The translations under genes were made by a program, and so were the position numbers. A stretch of 37,472 bases of DNA, from positions 1-37,472 of the forward strand of contig JAIOSQ010000092.1 of the NCBI GenBank assembly GCA_021107535.1, given 5' to 3'. Origin of the DNA: Bacteroidales bacterium. Lineage in GTDB: Bacteria > Bacteroidota > Bacteroidia > Bacteroidales > B18-G4. Below are positions 18,908 to 28,076 of this stretch, piece after piece (position 1 is the first letter of the stretch; each line of letters begins with the position of its first letter). The notes below the pieces were generated by a model. That model made no database searches, had not been told where the DNA came from, and worked only from the letters and a program-made list of their open reading frames with translations.

Positions 18908-19052
18908 GAAGACCGAAGACCCAAGGGTAAATTCCAAAGTCCAAATTCCAATGAAATTCCAAGTTCCAAAATTCAAATTTCAAAAAAACTTAAAACTTAA
19001 AACTCAAAATTTAAAACTTAATCCAACACTCAACACCCAACACCCAAAACCA
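18908..19052. repeat. Stacked heptamer arrays (GAAGACC, AAATTCC, TTAAAAC, CAACACC)
   Basis: Successive 7-bp periodic blocks including TCCAATGAAATTCC at ~18947. Confidence 0.88.
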
Positions 19053-19133
19053 AATCACACATGCCATTACAAAGAAATAAACGAATCAATCCGCAATACC
19101 GATTCAAGCAGTTCAACAGATTATCCATATTTG

Positions 19134-19141
19134 TATCTTTG
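19134..19141 (+). promoter_or_regulatory. Bacteroidota -7 promoter box for trmH
   Basis: TATCTTTG 10 nt before the ATG. Confidence 0.55.
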
Positions 19142-19151
19142 AGCGATAATT

Positions 19152-19838
19152 ATGGAACTAAAAACAAAACGTGCACTTCTCAGCTACCTGGAAGGTTTTA
19201 TCACTGGGCATAAGCGTTCACGCTTTGATCAGGTCATAAAAAACCGAACCAGGCATATTACGATCGTTCTGGAAGATATTTATCAGTCGCAGAATGCCAG
19301 TGCGGTGCTGCGCAGCTGTGATTGTTACGGCATCCAGGATGTGCATATTATTGAAAACAAGAATGTTTATTCTATCAACCCGGATGTTGCACTGGGCTCA
19401 AGCAAATGGCTGAACCTGATTAAATACAATAAGGATGAGAAGAATACGCCAGCATGCTTCAATTCGCTGCGGGAAGCCGGCTATCGCATAGTGGCAACCA
19501 CGCCCAACAAAGAAGATAAAATGCTTGATGAACTGGATCTGTCCACCAAAATAGCCCTTGTATTCGGAACTGAACTCGAAGGCCTGTCTGAAACTGCCAT
19601 TGAGCATGCAGATGAATTCGTAAAAATCCCGATGTATGGCTTCACGGAAAGTTTCAACATTTCGGTTTCAGCGGCCATTATCCTCCACCACCTGACAGAA
19701 AAGATGAGAAGATCAGGGCTTGGCAGCAAGCTGACAGAAGAAGAAATGCTCGACATTCGTCTGATGTGGGCCAGGAATGTGATCAGGCAACCCGAGCTAT
19801 ATGAAAAAAAATTCCTGAAGCAAAAAGGACTTATATGA
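19152..19838 (+). CDS. trmH: tRNA (guanosine-2'-O)-methyltransferase, SpoU/TrmH family
   Basis: VLEDIYQSQNASAVLRSCD, LVFGTELEGLS, IPMYGFTESFNISVS. Confidence 0.9.
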   Translation: MELKTKRALLSYLEGFITGHKRSRFDQVIKNRTRHITIVLEDIYQSQNASAVLRSCDCYGIQDVHIIENKNVYSINPDVALGSSKWLNLIKYNKDEKNTPACFNSLREAGYRIVATTPNKEDKMLDELDLSTKIALVFGTELEGLSETAIEHADEFVKIPMYGFTESFNISVSAAIILHHLTEKMRRSGLGSKLTEEEMLDIRLMWARNVIRQPELYEKKFLKQKGLI

Positions 19839-19906
19839 TTTTCAGGCGTTCTCAGTTTTTTTTATAATTTTACAAAAAAATACTTAAGAACCTAAAATAT
19901 TGACTT

Positions 19907-20329
19907 ATGGGAAAAGGTGACAAAAAGACGAAAAGAGGAAAGATCATTAAAGGAAGTTATGGTGTAAGAAGGCCCAGGAAGAAAAAAGATATAATCCCCA
20001 AAACCCCGGTAAAAAAGGCCAAGAAAAAAGCAGCACCCAAAGCAGCAGCAGAAAAGAAGGCCATCAAGCCGGCAAGCAAGCCAAAAAAAGTTGAAGAAAT
20101 AAAAGCTGAAGTTCCCGAAACCAAAGCAGTTGTTGCAAAAGTGAAGGAAGAACCAAAGAAAGTTGCTGCAAAGAAAGCTGTCGCAAAGAAAAAGGAGGTT
20201 GCGGCTGATACCGGCACCGAAATAAAAGCTGAAGCTAAAAGCACGAAAAAACCAAAAGCTGAAGAAAAGAAGGCAGAAGATAAAAAGGAAGATGCTCCAA
20301 CTGAAGAAACACCAAAACCTATAAAATAA
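19907..20329 (+). CDS. 30S ribosomal protein THX (bS31) with long Lys/Ala/Glu-rich C-terminal extension
   Basis: N-terminus MGKGDKKTKRGKIIKGSYGVRRPRKK matches the THX signature. Confidence 0.85.
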   Translation: MGKGDKKTKRGKIIKGSYGVRRPRKKKDIIPKTPVKKAKKKAAPKAAAEKKAIKPASKPKKVEEIKAEVPETKAVVAKVKEEPKKVAAKKAVAKKKEVAADTGTEIKAEAKSTKKPKAEEKKAEDKKEDAPTEETPKPIK

Positions 20330-20482
20330 ATTCTAAGCACGAAATCCTAAATCCTAAACAATATCAAATGATCAAAACACAAAATTCAAAACTGTTTTAG
20401 CAGATAATAAACCTTTGTCTTGAGCATTGCATCATTTGAGTTTTGAATTTGTTTAGGATTTAGAGTTTAGGAATTAGGATTT
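20328..20482. repeat. Inverted pair of heptamer arrays (AAATCCT)n ... (AGGATTT)n
   Basis: Perfect 15-bp inverted core CTAAATCCTAAACAA (20347-20361)/TTGTTTAGGATTTAG (20449-20463) inside ~65-bp imperfect arms. Confidence 0.88.
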
Positions 20483-20533
20483 GAATATCAGTGTGTCGCC
20501 GTAGCTTCTCACGGTGAAATAAAAGTAAATTAC

Positions 20534-21913
20534 TTATAAAGCGGCTGCCATTTTTTGGAACACCTCTCCCCGTTCTTCGAAGTTTTTAAACATTCCGTAG
20601 CTGGCTGCAGCCGGCGATAAAAGGCACACATCCCCTGGAAGGAGTTCTTTACGAATATATTGAAATGCTTCATCCATCCCTTCCACCAGCAAACAATTGC
20701 TTTTTCCTGCCAGCAAAGGCTCACACAAGGCATGAAGCCGGCGGCCGGCATCACCCATAAACAGGAGATGAGGAAGCGGGCTTTCAAGCAATTTCTCCAA
20801 TAAAACAGTGTAATCCAGTCCCCGCTCATAACCACCAAGGATCAGCAGATCAACTTTTTCGAGTGTATTCAGGGCCGCGATGCTTGCTTCAGGGATCGTA
20901 GCAATAGAATCGTCATAAAAGTCGATACCCTTATATGTCCCGGCAAATTCCAGACGGTGTGAAAGCCGCTTATACGAAGAAAGTCCCCCGATGATCTCAA
21001 TATCAGTCAGGCCTTTACCCATGCACACGAGTATTGCCGCCATCATATTCATTACATTGTGTTCGCCCGGCAGGTCGGGAGCAGAAGTAACAGGAAAATG
21101 ATGCGCCCTGCCATTTGCTTCCTTACAGATCATGTCTGTCCCGTCATAATATGCAGCCACATCCTTTTTACTGCCATTAGAAAATCCGAGGAAAGTCTTT
21201 TTCCCACCCTCCTGATCAAGTAGTTCACTGATGAACGGATCATCCGAATTATAAATGAGTTTCCCCTGTTCATGCTGCATATGGCTGATATTGAATTTTG
21301 CCATTTTATATGCAGTAAAGTCATTATAATGGTCAAGGTGTTCAGGAAATACATTCAGTAAGACGGCAGTTTGTGGCGCAATGCTGATGTGTTCCAGCTG
21401 ATGTGATGACATTTCAAAAATTACCTCTGTATCATCCTCGATACCATCAGCAAGATCAAGTGGTGGAATGCCGATATTACCTGCCAGCAATGTCTTTCGG
21501 CCAGCCTGTTGCAGGATATGATGTATTAAGCTCACTGTGGTGCTTTTCCCTTTTGTTCCCGTGACACCTGTTACCTTGTCAGAAAAGGCCCTTAAAAACA
21601 GATCTGTCTGCGATGTTATTTTTGAAGCATCACATTTAGCCACCACCAGATCATATGGAATACCCGGTGATTTAATGACCAGGTCAAAGTGCTCGAAAAA
21701 ATCCAGGTAGTTATCACCGGTCACCATTCCTACATTTCGGTAGAATGCCATATCGGGATATCTTTCAATGATCCCTTCATCCTGATCGGAAACAGTGATG
21801 AACATATCCGGAAACCATGACTTGATCAGCCTGAAAGTAGACTGACCTTCATATCCGTATCCCAGGATCATGATCTTTTTACCTTCAAGTATGGATTTGA
21901 TTTTATCAGTCAT
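20534..21913 (-). CDS. murD: UDP-MurNAc-L-Ala:glutamate ligase (MurD family, probably L-Glu-specific MurD2)
   Basis: VIKSPGIP, VTGTKGKSTT, EMSSHQL, HRLE, YDDSIAT, LLSPAAASY...FEERG; outside the dcw cluster; overlaps murL by 8 bp. Confidence 0.92.
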   Translation of the reverse strand: MTDKIKSILEGKKIMILGYGYEGQSTFRLIKSWFPDMFITVSDQDEGIIERYPDMAFYRNVGMVTGDNYLDFFEHFDLVIKSPGIPYDLVVAKCDASKITSQTDLFLRAFSDKVTGVTGTKGKSTTVSLIHHILQQAGRKTLLAGNIGIPPLDLADGIEDDTEVIFEMSSHQLEHISIAPQTAVLLNVFPEHLDHYNDFTAYKMAKFNISHMQHEQGKLIYNSDDPFISELLDQEGGKKTFLGFSNGSKKDVAAYYDGTDMICKEANGRAHHFPVTSAPDLPGEHNVMNMMAAILVCMGKGLTDIEIIGGLSSYKRLSHRLEFAGTYKGIDFYDDSIATIPEASIAALNTLEKVDLLILGGYERGLDYTVLLEKLLESPLPHLLFMGDAGRRLHALCEPLLAGKSNCLLVEGMDEAFQYIRKELLPGDVCLLSPAAASYGMFKNFEERGEVFQKMAAAL

Positions 21914-23279
21914 TCAGGGCATTTTTCAATAGTTGAACGTATGCTTCACCAGGAAGATAATGATCGCTGAATTCATGCAGCAGAGATTCGAAATTCCCTG
22001 ACAATCCCTTATCAGCCTCAGCATGATCACGATAATGCTGTAACAGAGGTGGGAGTTTATCAATGGGGAACTTCTCCAGAGAATGTTTCAGGGCAGCATT
22101 CACTTCATCAAGCGTACCGATACACTCAAAGGGTTTTTCTTCCGCAATGCCGGTCAGCTGGTCGAGAAGCGGGATTAAAGTTTCATCTTCAAAGAGATCC
22201 TTAGCAAAGATCCGGACAAGTTTTGCATGTTCGACAAAGGGTGATAAGATAATAAAAGTAAAAAGGCATTTCGGGCATTTGCCGCACCACGAATCGGTTT
22301 TGCTACCCACATTGCAACTTCGGAATGTATTAAAATGTTTATGGAATCCCGCAAATATCTTTGCGATCTGCAGTTCATTGAGCGGCCTCAGAAAACTAAA
22401 ATATCTTATATCATCCGTAATATATCTTTGTACGTATTCCCTGAAGTCAGTTTCAAATTCGATCGATTTGGAGTATTGGTGGTTGATAGCCGTACCGGGA
22501 ATGCTAGGTTCATTTGCACTGGATTCATTTGACAATGCAATCTCAGGTATGCCGTATATAAAGGCCACCAGCGTTGAAGCAAAGGCCAACATGGCTGAGA
22601 AGGGTGTATGCCCATTCAGAAAGCCCTTATCGTTAAGCTCCAGTAATATGGGGTCGATACTACGAAAAAGCCGAACTGAATCACCCTCACTAAAGCCTGC
22701 CTTATTCAATGTATGCATGCTTGCCGGCCTTGGATTGATAATAAAAGGTGTGCAATTTTTATACTGTGAGAGCAGTTCAAGGCTGACCACCGAATCTTTT
22801 CCACCGCCCACCGGCACAAGTAATCCGGCGGCTGTCTCACAATTGCTTTTCTCTAATTGTTTACCCTCCGTAGCCCTGATCGTCATGAAATCATTGCCAG
22901 GCTCAATACCGTTTGTATAGAAAAACTCACCAAGTCCATTAAGATACAGTTTCTTCCACCATTGGATCTGTGATGCACTCAGTGCCTGCGGCCTGACAAT
23001 AAGCTCTGGTGAGCAGGCTGCTTTCCAGTAACTTATCAGTTCGATCATTCCCAAATTGAAAATAATATTCCTAAAAAGGGAATCATTTAATTTGTTTTGA
23101 TCAAAACTTTCCGGCAAAGATAATTTCAAAGCCGGTTGAAAGGAATATTCTTCAGAAAGCCTGAATAAAAAATTAATTTGTAATTCATTGTTTTCGACGA
23201 TATAAGAATAAGCCTCATATATGAAATAAGGATATTCCTTTCTTAATTTATCATACAAATCAGATTGATCTGTTTTCAT
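21906..23279 (-). CDS. murL: UDP-MurNAc-L-Ala-L-Glu epimerase MurL-like protein
   Basis: PP-loop VGGGKDS, NGHTPFS, SNESSA, NHQYSKS, FRSCN, WCGKCPKC, KPFECIG; adjacent to murD. Confidence 0.8.
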   Translation of the reverse strand: MKTDQSDLYDKLRKEYPYFIYEAYSYIVENNELQINFLFRLSEEYSFQPALKLSLPESFDQNKLNDSLFRNIIFNLGMIELISYWKAACSPELIVRPQALSASQIQWWKKLYLNGLGEFFYTNGIEPGNDFMTIRATEGKQLEKSNCETAAGLLVPVGGGKDSVVSLELLSQYKNCTPFIINPRPASMHTLNKAGFSEGDSVRLFRSIDPILLELNDKGFLNGHTPFSAMLAFASTLVAFIYGIPEIALSNESSANEPSIPGTAINHQYSKSIEFETDFREYVQRYITDDIRYFSFLRPLNELQIAKIFAGFHKHFNTFRSCNVGSKTDSWCGKCPKCLFTFIILSPFVEHAKLVRIFAKDLFEDETLIPLLDQLTGIAEEKPFECIGTLDEVNAALKHSLEKFPIDKLPPLLQHYRDHAEADKGLSGNFESLLHEFSDHYLPGEAYVQLLKNALND

Positions 23280-23295
23280 CTTGACTTATTGGTAT

Positions 23296-23323
23296 TATTT
23301 TTGTAATTTAGTAATCAAAGGTA
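23296..23323. promoter_or_regulatory. Closely spaced -7 boxes for the divergent yqgE (+) and murL (-) genes
   Basis: TATTTTTG at 23296-23303 (+) and TACCTTTG at 23316-23323 (-). Confidence 0.55.
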
Positions 23324-23346
23324 AAACATTTGCATTTATTGTCTCC

Positions 23347-23937
23347 ATGACCGACTTCAATAAGATAATAAAGATTAAGACAAACAGTATGAAACCCACC
23401 AAGGGCACCATCCTGATATCAGAGCCCTTGCTGTCGGATAATTACTTTAAGCGTGCAGTGGTCCTTCTCGCCGAACATAATGAGGATGGTTCATTCGGGA
23501 TTATCATGAATAAGCCCATCGACAATAAATTTAATGAGATCGTATCCGATTTTCCCGATTTCAACGGACAATTATTCCTGGGTGGGCCGGTCAGTAATTC
23601 AAGCCTGTTCTTCATCCATACACTTGGCGAGCAGATCGAAAACAGCCTAAAGATCATGGATGGCCTGTATTGGGGCGGGGACATTGAATCTGTCAGGGAA
23701 CTGCTCCTCCTCAGACAAATAGACCCCAAGCAGATCCGCTTTTGCATTGGATACTCAGGATGGGGAAGCAAACAACTGGATGAGGAACTGAAGCGAAATT
23801 CATGGCTGGTAGCCAGGTTGACCAGTGATGTACTTATGAACACCGATCCGGATTTGTTATGGGAACATGCCCTCAAGAATCTGGGACAGGAATACGGTTA
23901 TTGGTCAAATTTCCCTATTGACCCGGGGCTTAACTAA
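23347..23937 (+). CDS. YqgE/AlgH (DUF179) family protein
   Basis: YFKRAVVLL, GIIMNKP, GGPV, GYSGWG..QL..EL...SW; start placed at ATG 23347 rather than TTG 23281. Confidence 0.9.
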   Translation: MTDFNKIIKIKTNSMKPTKGTILISEPLLSDNYFKRAVVLLAEHNEDGSFGIIMNKPIDNKFNEIVSDFPDFNGQLFLGGPVSNSSLFFIHTLGEQIENSLKIMDGLYWGGDIESVRELLLLRQIDPKQIRFCIGYSGWGSKQLDEELKRNSWLVARLTSDVLMNTDPDLLWEHALKNLGQEYGYWSNFPIDPGLN

Positions 23938-24147
23938 ATGAACATGGAATAATGAACATGGAATATGGAAGTGGAATAGAGAATAACGAACAAGGAATAA
24001 CGAACATGGAAGTAGATTATGAATTATGAATGTTGGATTAAATTTAACATTCTATACTCTAGTCACTCCAGATCGGCACTAGCCACTAGGCACTCGGAAC
24101 TCGGAACTTCATTCCAGCAACCAGTAACCAGCAACCAGCAACCAGCA
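23938..24147. repeat. Stacked heptamer arrays filling the yqgE/yciH convergent gap
   Basis: (GAACATG/GAATAAC)n, (ATTATGA)n, (CACTMGG/AACTCGG)n, (CCAGCAA)n. Confidence 0.9.
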
Positions 24148-24486
24148 TCAACCCCCTGCTTTTTTCACTTTATAACCTTCATTCAGCAGAATTCTCAACA
24201 CTTTCTCCCTTTGGTCACCCTGAATAAGAATTTCATCATCCTTGACACTACCACCAACCCCGCATGCAGATTTAAGTTTCTTCCCAAGGGTTTTTATATC
24301 CTCAACACTTCCGGCAAATCCCCGGATTATGGTTAGCTTTTTATTGCCCTTCAGGCTTTGCAGGTGAACCCGCAAATCTTGTTTCCCAGGTGACAGCGTT
24401 TCCTGTCCGGATGATCCATTATCGGAGTATTGAAAGTCAGGGTTGGTAGAGTATACAATTCCTCCTTGATGTTTTTTTGCTGACAT
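24148..24486 (-). CDS. yciH: Translation initiation factor SUI1/YciH family protein
   Basis: GIVYSTNPDF, LKSACGVGGSVKD, ILIQGDQR; alternative start at 24507. Confidence 0.9.
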   Translation of the reverse strand: MSAKKHQGGIVYSTNPDFQYSDNGSSGQETLSPGKQDLRVHLQSLKGNKKLTIIRGFAGSVEDIKTLGKKLKSACGVGGSVKDDEILIQGDQREKVLRILLNEGYKVKKAGG

Positions 24487-24496
24487 GGGCTGAATT

Positions 24497-25384
24497 TTAA
24501 GGGACAATTATGTTTAATGAAGCAGGCCTGACTCCAATCTTCAGCTCCTTTTTCATCTTTACAGGCTCCCCATCAATGTTCACTGTCTTTGCTTTCTTGC
24601 GCTTAACAATGATATCGGAAGCACGGTAAATGTCAATATATTTCGATTTATCAATTTTCCGGCTGTATAACAAGTGTGCTACCAATGGCAACTCAATAAC
24701 AGGAGGTTTCCTGACAATGCAAACATCGATCAGCCCATCGGTAAGAGATGCATTTGGTGCAATACGGGTATTGTATCCGAACTGGTTGGAATTGGCAAAG
24801 CTGATAAAGAAAGCACTCGTTTGTATTTTCTTCCCATCCAGGCTAAGCATATATTTCCTTTGCCTGTATGTAAAATATTCTCTGAATACGATCCTTCCGT
24901 ATGTCAGGAAACCCCGTTTTTTGCTTTTCGCAAACTGCCTTGCAACCCGGGCATCAAAACCGATCCCTGCAATACTTACGAAAAAAACATCATTTACCAG
25001 GCAGGTATCAATTTGAATCACATTCTGATGGTTCAGCAAAGCAATTGCATCCGCCTTTTTCACAGATATACCCAGGTGATGAGCAAGTCCGTTTCCGGAC
25101 CCTGAAGGGATGATCCCGAGAACGGTATCTGTACCGACCAGATTACCTGCCACTTCATTCACAGTTCCGTCACCACCGGCGACCGCAATGTACTTCACGC
25201 CCTCTTTAACAGCATCTTCGGCGATTTTTGCCGCATGTCCTGCGTATTGCGAAACCATGATCTCAGGAGAAAACAAAGCATGGTCAAGCGCATTTCCGAT
25301 AAGCTTTTTAAATTCATCCATGCCCCGTTGCCCTACACCTGATACAGGGTTGATGATGAATAGTATTTTTTGGGGCTCACTCAT
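24497..25384 (-). CDS. Diacylglycerol/lipid kinase family protein (YegS/Rv2252/BmrU)
   Basis: IINPVSG, GGDGTVNEV, IPSGSGNGLA, NIDGE. Confidence 0.92.
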   Translation of the reverse strand: MSEPQKILFIINPVSGVGQRGMDEFKKLIGNALDHALFSPEIMVSQYAGHAAKIAEDAVKEGVKYIAVAGGDGTVNEVAGNLVGTDTVLGIIPSGSGNGLAHHLGISVKKADAIALLNHQNVIQIDTCLVNDVFFVSIAGIGFDARVARQFAKSKKRGFLTYGRIVFREYFTYRQRKYMLSLDGKKIQTSAFFISFANSNQFGYNTRIAPNASLTDGLIDVCIVRKPPVIELPLVAHLLYSRKIDKSKYIDIYRASDIIVKRKKAKTVNIDGEPVKMKKELKIGVRPASLNIIVP

Positions 25385-27314
25385 TCGCAACACGAATTAT
25401 TAAATTATTACTGATGAGGCGATGATTATATTGTTGTATGATCGATTTCAGAAAGGTTTCGAGCTCCAGAGCCTTTAGCGGTTCATCCAGCAGGAGATTC
25501 ATGGCAGAAGGCCCATCTCCGCCAAGGAAAAACATTGTTGTTGCTTTGCGGCCATCGAATTGCAGGGAATATCCATCTTTGATCAATTGATAGGTTCCAT
25601 TCAGATAGCTGACAGAAAAGTGGCAGGATGTAGTATCGAAAAGGTTGTTCCCGAAAGCTACATAAGGTTTTTTGTAATTCAGATAACCCAATATGCTGGG
25701 CATGATATCAGATTGCTGGGCAATCTCCCGGCTGATCTCCGGCCTGATATTTCCGGGCATATAAAATACCAGCGGTATGGCATAGATCCCCGCACGGGTC
25801 TGATATTGTTTATTATAGGAAAGTGATGTATGGTCGGCAGTGATCACAAATAGTGTGTTATCAAACCAATCAGATGAAGATACTTTCTCAAAAAACTTCC
25901 CAAGGGCATAATCGGCATACATTATGCTTTCGTGAATATCCAGGGTTCCCTGACTGAATTTGCCGTGGTATTTATCCGGGACCATATAAGGGTGATGTGA
26001 GGAGAGCGAAAAGAAAGATGTAAGAAAAGGCTGTTGAGTATTGTCAAGCATACTGCTGAAAAACTCAAAAAAAGCTTCATCATAAATACCCCAGTACCCA
26101 TCGAATTCTTCCTCATTCCCATATTCATCTTTCCCAATATATTTATCGAAGCCTGCCATGCCAATAAATGACTCAAACCCCATAGTCCCGTTCCTGCCAC
26201 CATGGTAAAATGCAGTACTGTATCCCATTTCTCCGAGGAGGCTGGCAAGACTGTTGATCCGGTTCCCGCCATATGCCGAAGTAATGTATGGTTTCCTGAT
26301 CATGGAAGGCAAACCCGCAACGATGGCCGGCAAGGCTTCCATGGACTGTTTCCCGTTGGCATATGCACGAAAAGCAAGTCCTTGTTGTATGATTGAATCC
26401 AGGCATGGTGTATAGGAAATCCCGTCATCAATCCCATTGAGAGACCCAATATATTCCGTACTGAAACTTTCCATGATCAGTACTACCACATTCAAAGGCC
26501 TGAAGGCAGTGGAAGTGTCTCCTGTCGCAGGGTAATGCTCGGGATTGTAGATGGCAATCATACTTACCTCATCATCGAAATACCCGGTTTCCTGCAATCC
26601 GGTGTGGCCAAATGACTTTATGATGGAAAATGGGGTATTGAGTACCAGTGACACATTTTTCGCAGAGGCATATTTACCCGCATCAATGATCGTTATCGGC
26701 CGTAACTGAAATCCGCCACGAATACCTATAACGCCCAAAGCGCCTGTCAACAGGAAGAAAACGGTATTTACAAAGTAATATCTTAAGCCATGAACGGTTT
26801 TAGGATCCTTTAGCTTTATGCGTGATATAATCCATACAAACAATACAGACAAAACAATCCATGTGGTAAATTCCCAGGCAAAGTCTGTCAGAAAGCTCGG
26901 GGCAAGATGAATGAAATCCTCTTCCCCGGCACCGAGAAATGAAAAGATGTCAGCCGTCATCCTCTTCGAAGTAAAGCGGAAATAGACCGTATCAATGCTG
27001 TTCAGTGCAAAGCCAGTAATATTGGTAAGATAAAATACTATATTGGAGGGAATTTGCCAGAACTTTTTATACCTGAACGGCTGTGGGATTACATTCATAA
27101 GAATATAGAGGGAATTCAGCACGATCACTGCAGTAATGTCGAACCTGATCCCTCCCAGAAATGCCATCATAATGGCATCTCCGTCGAGGTCGTTGAAATA
27201 ATGTGTATTAAATAAAAAGAATTGCAATCGGGAAAGCGAAAAGAAGAGCAATACGATCAGCAGCCGTATGATCATATGCGGATATATTTTCCCCTTGTAA
27301 CACAATCTGCTCAT
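25377..27314 (-). CDS. LTA synthase family / sulfatase-like membrane phosphotransferase
   Basis: Five N-terminal TM segments; NVVVLIMESF, SSHHPY, ITADH, QSDIMPS; the true start may be 27275. Confidence 0.9.
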   Translation of the reverse strand: MSRLCYKGKIYPHMIIRLLIVLLFFSLSRLQFFLFNTHYFNDLDGDAIMMAFLGGIRFDITAVIVLNSLYILMNVIPQPFRYKKFWQIPSNIVFYLTNITGFALNSIDTVYFRFTSKRMTADIFSFLGAGEEDFIHLAPSFLTDFAWEFTTWIVLSVLFVWIISRIKLKDPKTVHGLRYYFVNTVFFLLTGALGVIGIRGGFQLRPITIIDAGKYASAKNVSLVLNTPFSIIKSFGHTGLQETGYFDDEVSMIAIYNPEHYPATGDTSTAFRPLNVVVLIMESFSTEYIGSLNGIDDGISYTPCLDSIIQQGLAFRAYANGKQSMEALPAIVAGLPSMIRKPYITSAYGGNRINSLASLLGEMGYSTAFYHGGRNGTMGFESFIGMAGFDKYIGKDEYGNEEEFDGYWGIYDEAFFEFFSSMLDNTQQPFLTSFFSLSSHHPYMVPDKYHGKFSQGTLDIHESIMYADYALGKFFEKVSSSDWFDNTLFVITADHTSLSYNKQYQTRAGIYAIPLVFYMPGNIRPEISREIAQQSDIMPSILGYLNYKKPYVAFGNNLFDTTSCHFSVSYLNGTYQLIKDGYSLQFDGRKATTMFFLGGDGPSAMNLLLDEPLKALELETFLKSIIQQYNHRLISNNLIIRVANE

Positions 27315-27469
27315 GAAGCAAAAATAAGCATTTCTGATTTTCCTACATCTCTAATGCAACCATTATATGTATTCACATGTCTTGTGACAAATAATCGTTC
27401 TTTATTCTTATTTATATTTTGAATTATCCAGAAAAGTGAAAATTTGAAGTATTGATAAATAAATATTTC

Positions 27470-27477
27470 TATTTTTG
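27470..27477 (+). promoter_or_regulatory. Bacteroidota -7 promoter box for the DUF3276 gene
   Basis: TATTTTTG. Confidence 0.6.
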
Positions 27478-27513
27478 CCATAGTTGAAGAAAACATAAAT
27501 CAAAAAATTAAAC

Positions 27514-27918
27514 ATGGAAGAGCAAGGAAACAAAGACATGAACAGGGAGGAAATCTATTCCAGGGTGATCAGGGCTGGCAAGAGGACCTACTTTTTTGAT
27601 GTGAAAGCGACAAGGGCAGGTGAGCAATATCTGACAATTACCGAAAGCAAAAGACGATTTAACAACGAGCAGGGCAAGTTCTATTACGAAAAGCACAAAC
27701 TTTTTCTGTACAAGGAAGATTTTGAAAAATACTCCAGAGGCCTGAGCGAAGTTATCGAATTTATCGAAACAGGGAAAAAGGCACCGGAACCTGAACCGGA
27801 AGTGGAAAAGGATAAGGAAAAGGATAAGGAAAAGGAAGTTACTAAAACTGAAAGTGTTACAAACATTGAGTTTGAAGACCTTGGCGATCCGGAAGAAAGC
27901 AAAGAAGAAAACATTTAA
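27514..27918 (+). CDS. DUF3276 / PUR-like DNA/RNA-binding protein
   Basis: IRAGKRTYFFDV, YLTITESK, KHKLFLYKEDF; acidic tail with IEFEDL. Confidence 0.9.
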   Translation: MEEQGNKDMNREEIYSRVIRAGKRTYFFDVKATRAGEQYLTITESKRRFNNEQGKFYYEKHKLFLYKEDFEKYSRGLSEVIEFIETGKKAPEPEPEVEKDKEKDKEKEVTKTESVTNIEFEDLGDPEESKEENI

Positions 27919-27935
27919 AATATATTATTTCTAAT

Positions 27936-27967
27936 AAAAAGCTGTCACAAAAGGCAGCTTTTTTTTT
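27936..27967 (+). terminator. Intrinsic terminator
   Basis: AAAAAGCTGTC-ACAAAA-GGCAGCTTTTTTTTT. Confidence 0.85.
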
Positions 27968-28033
27968 GTTGAAAAAGCTAACATGAGTTAATAACTAATT
28001 CTTTTCTGACAAAATAAAATGTCATTATCTTCG

Positions 28034-28041
28034 TACTTTTG
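28034..28041 (+). promoter_or_regulatory. Bacteroidota -7 promoter box for parAB
   Basis: TACTTTTG. Confidence 0.55.
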
Positions 28042-28076
28042 TTCATATAAAAAACTTAGCAGCATCTTAATCAAAT

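Noticed and set aside
18786-19142. 118-aa ORF between prx and trmH
   Set aside because: Reads through heptamer arrays (e.g. KLKTQNLKL); probably spurious.
19957-20340. Hydrophobic 127-aa ORF antisense to THX
   Set aside because: Mirror of the Lys/Ala-rich codons on the coding strand.
22063-22920. 285-aa ORF antisense to murL, and the other shadow ORFs inside acnA, ftsK, lepB etc.
   Set aside because: Fully overlap well-supported genes and show no family motifs.
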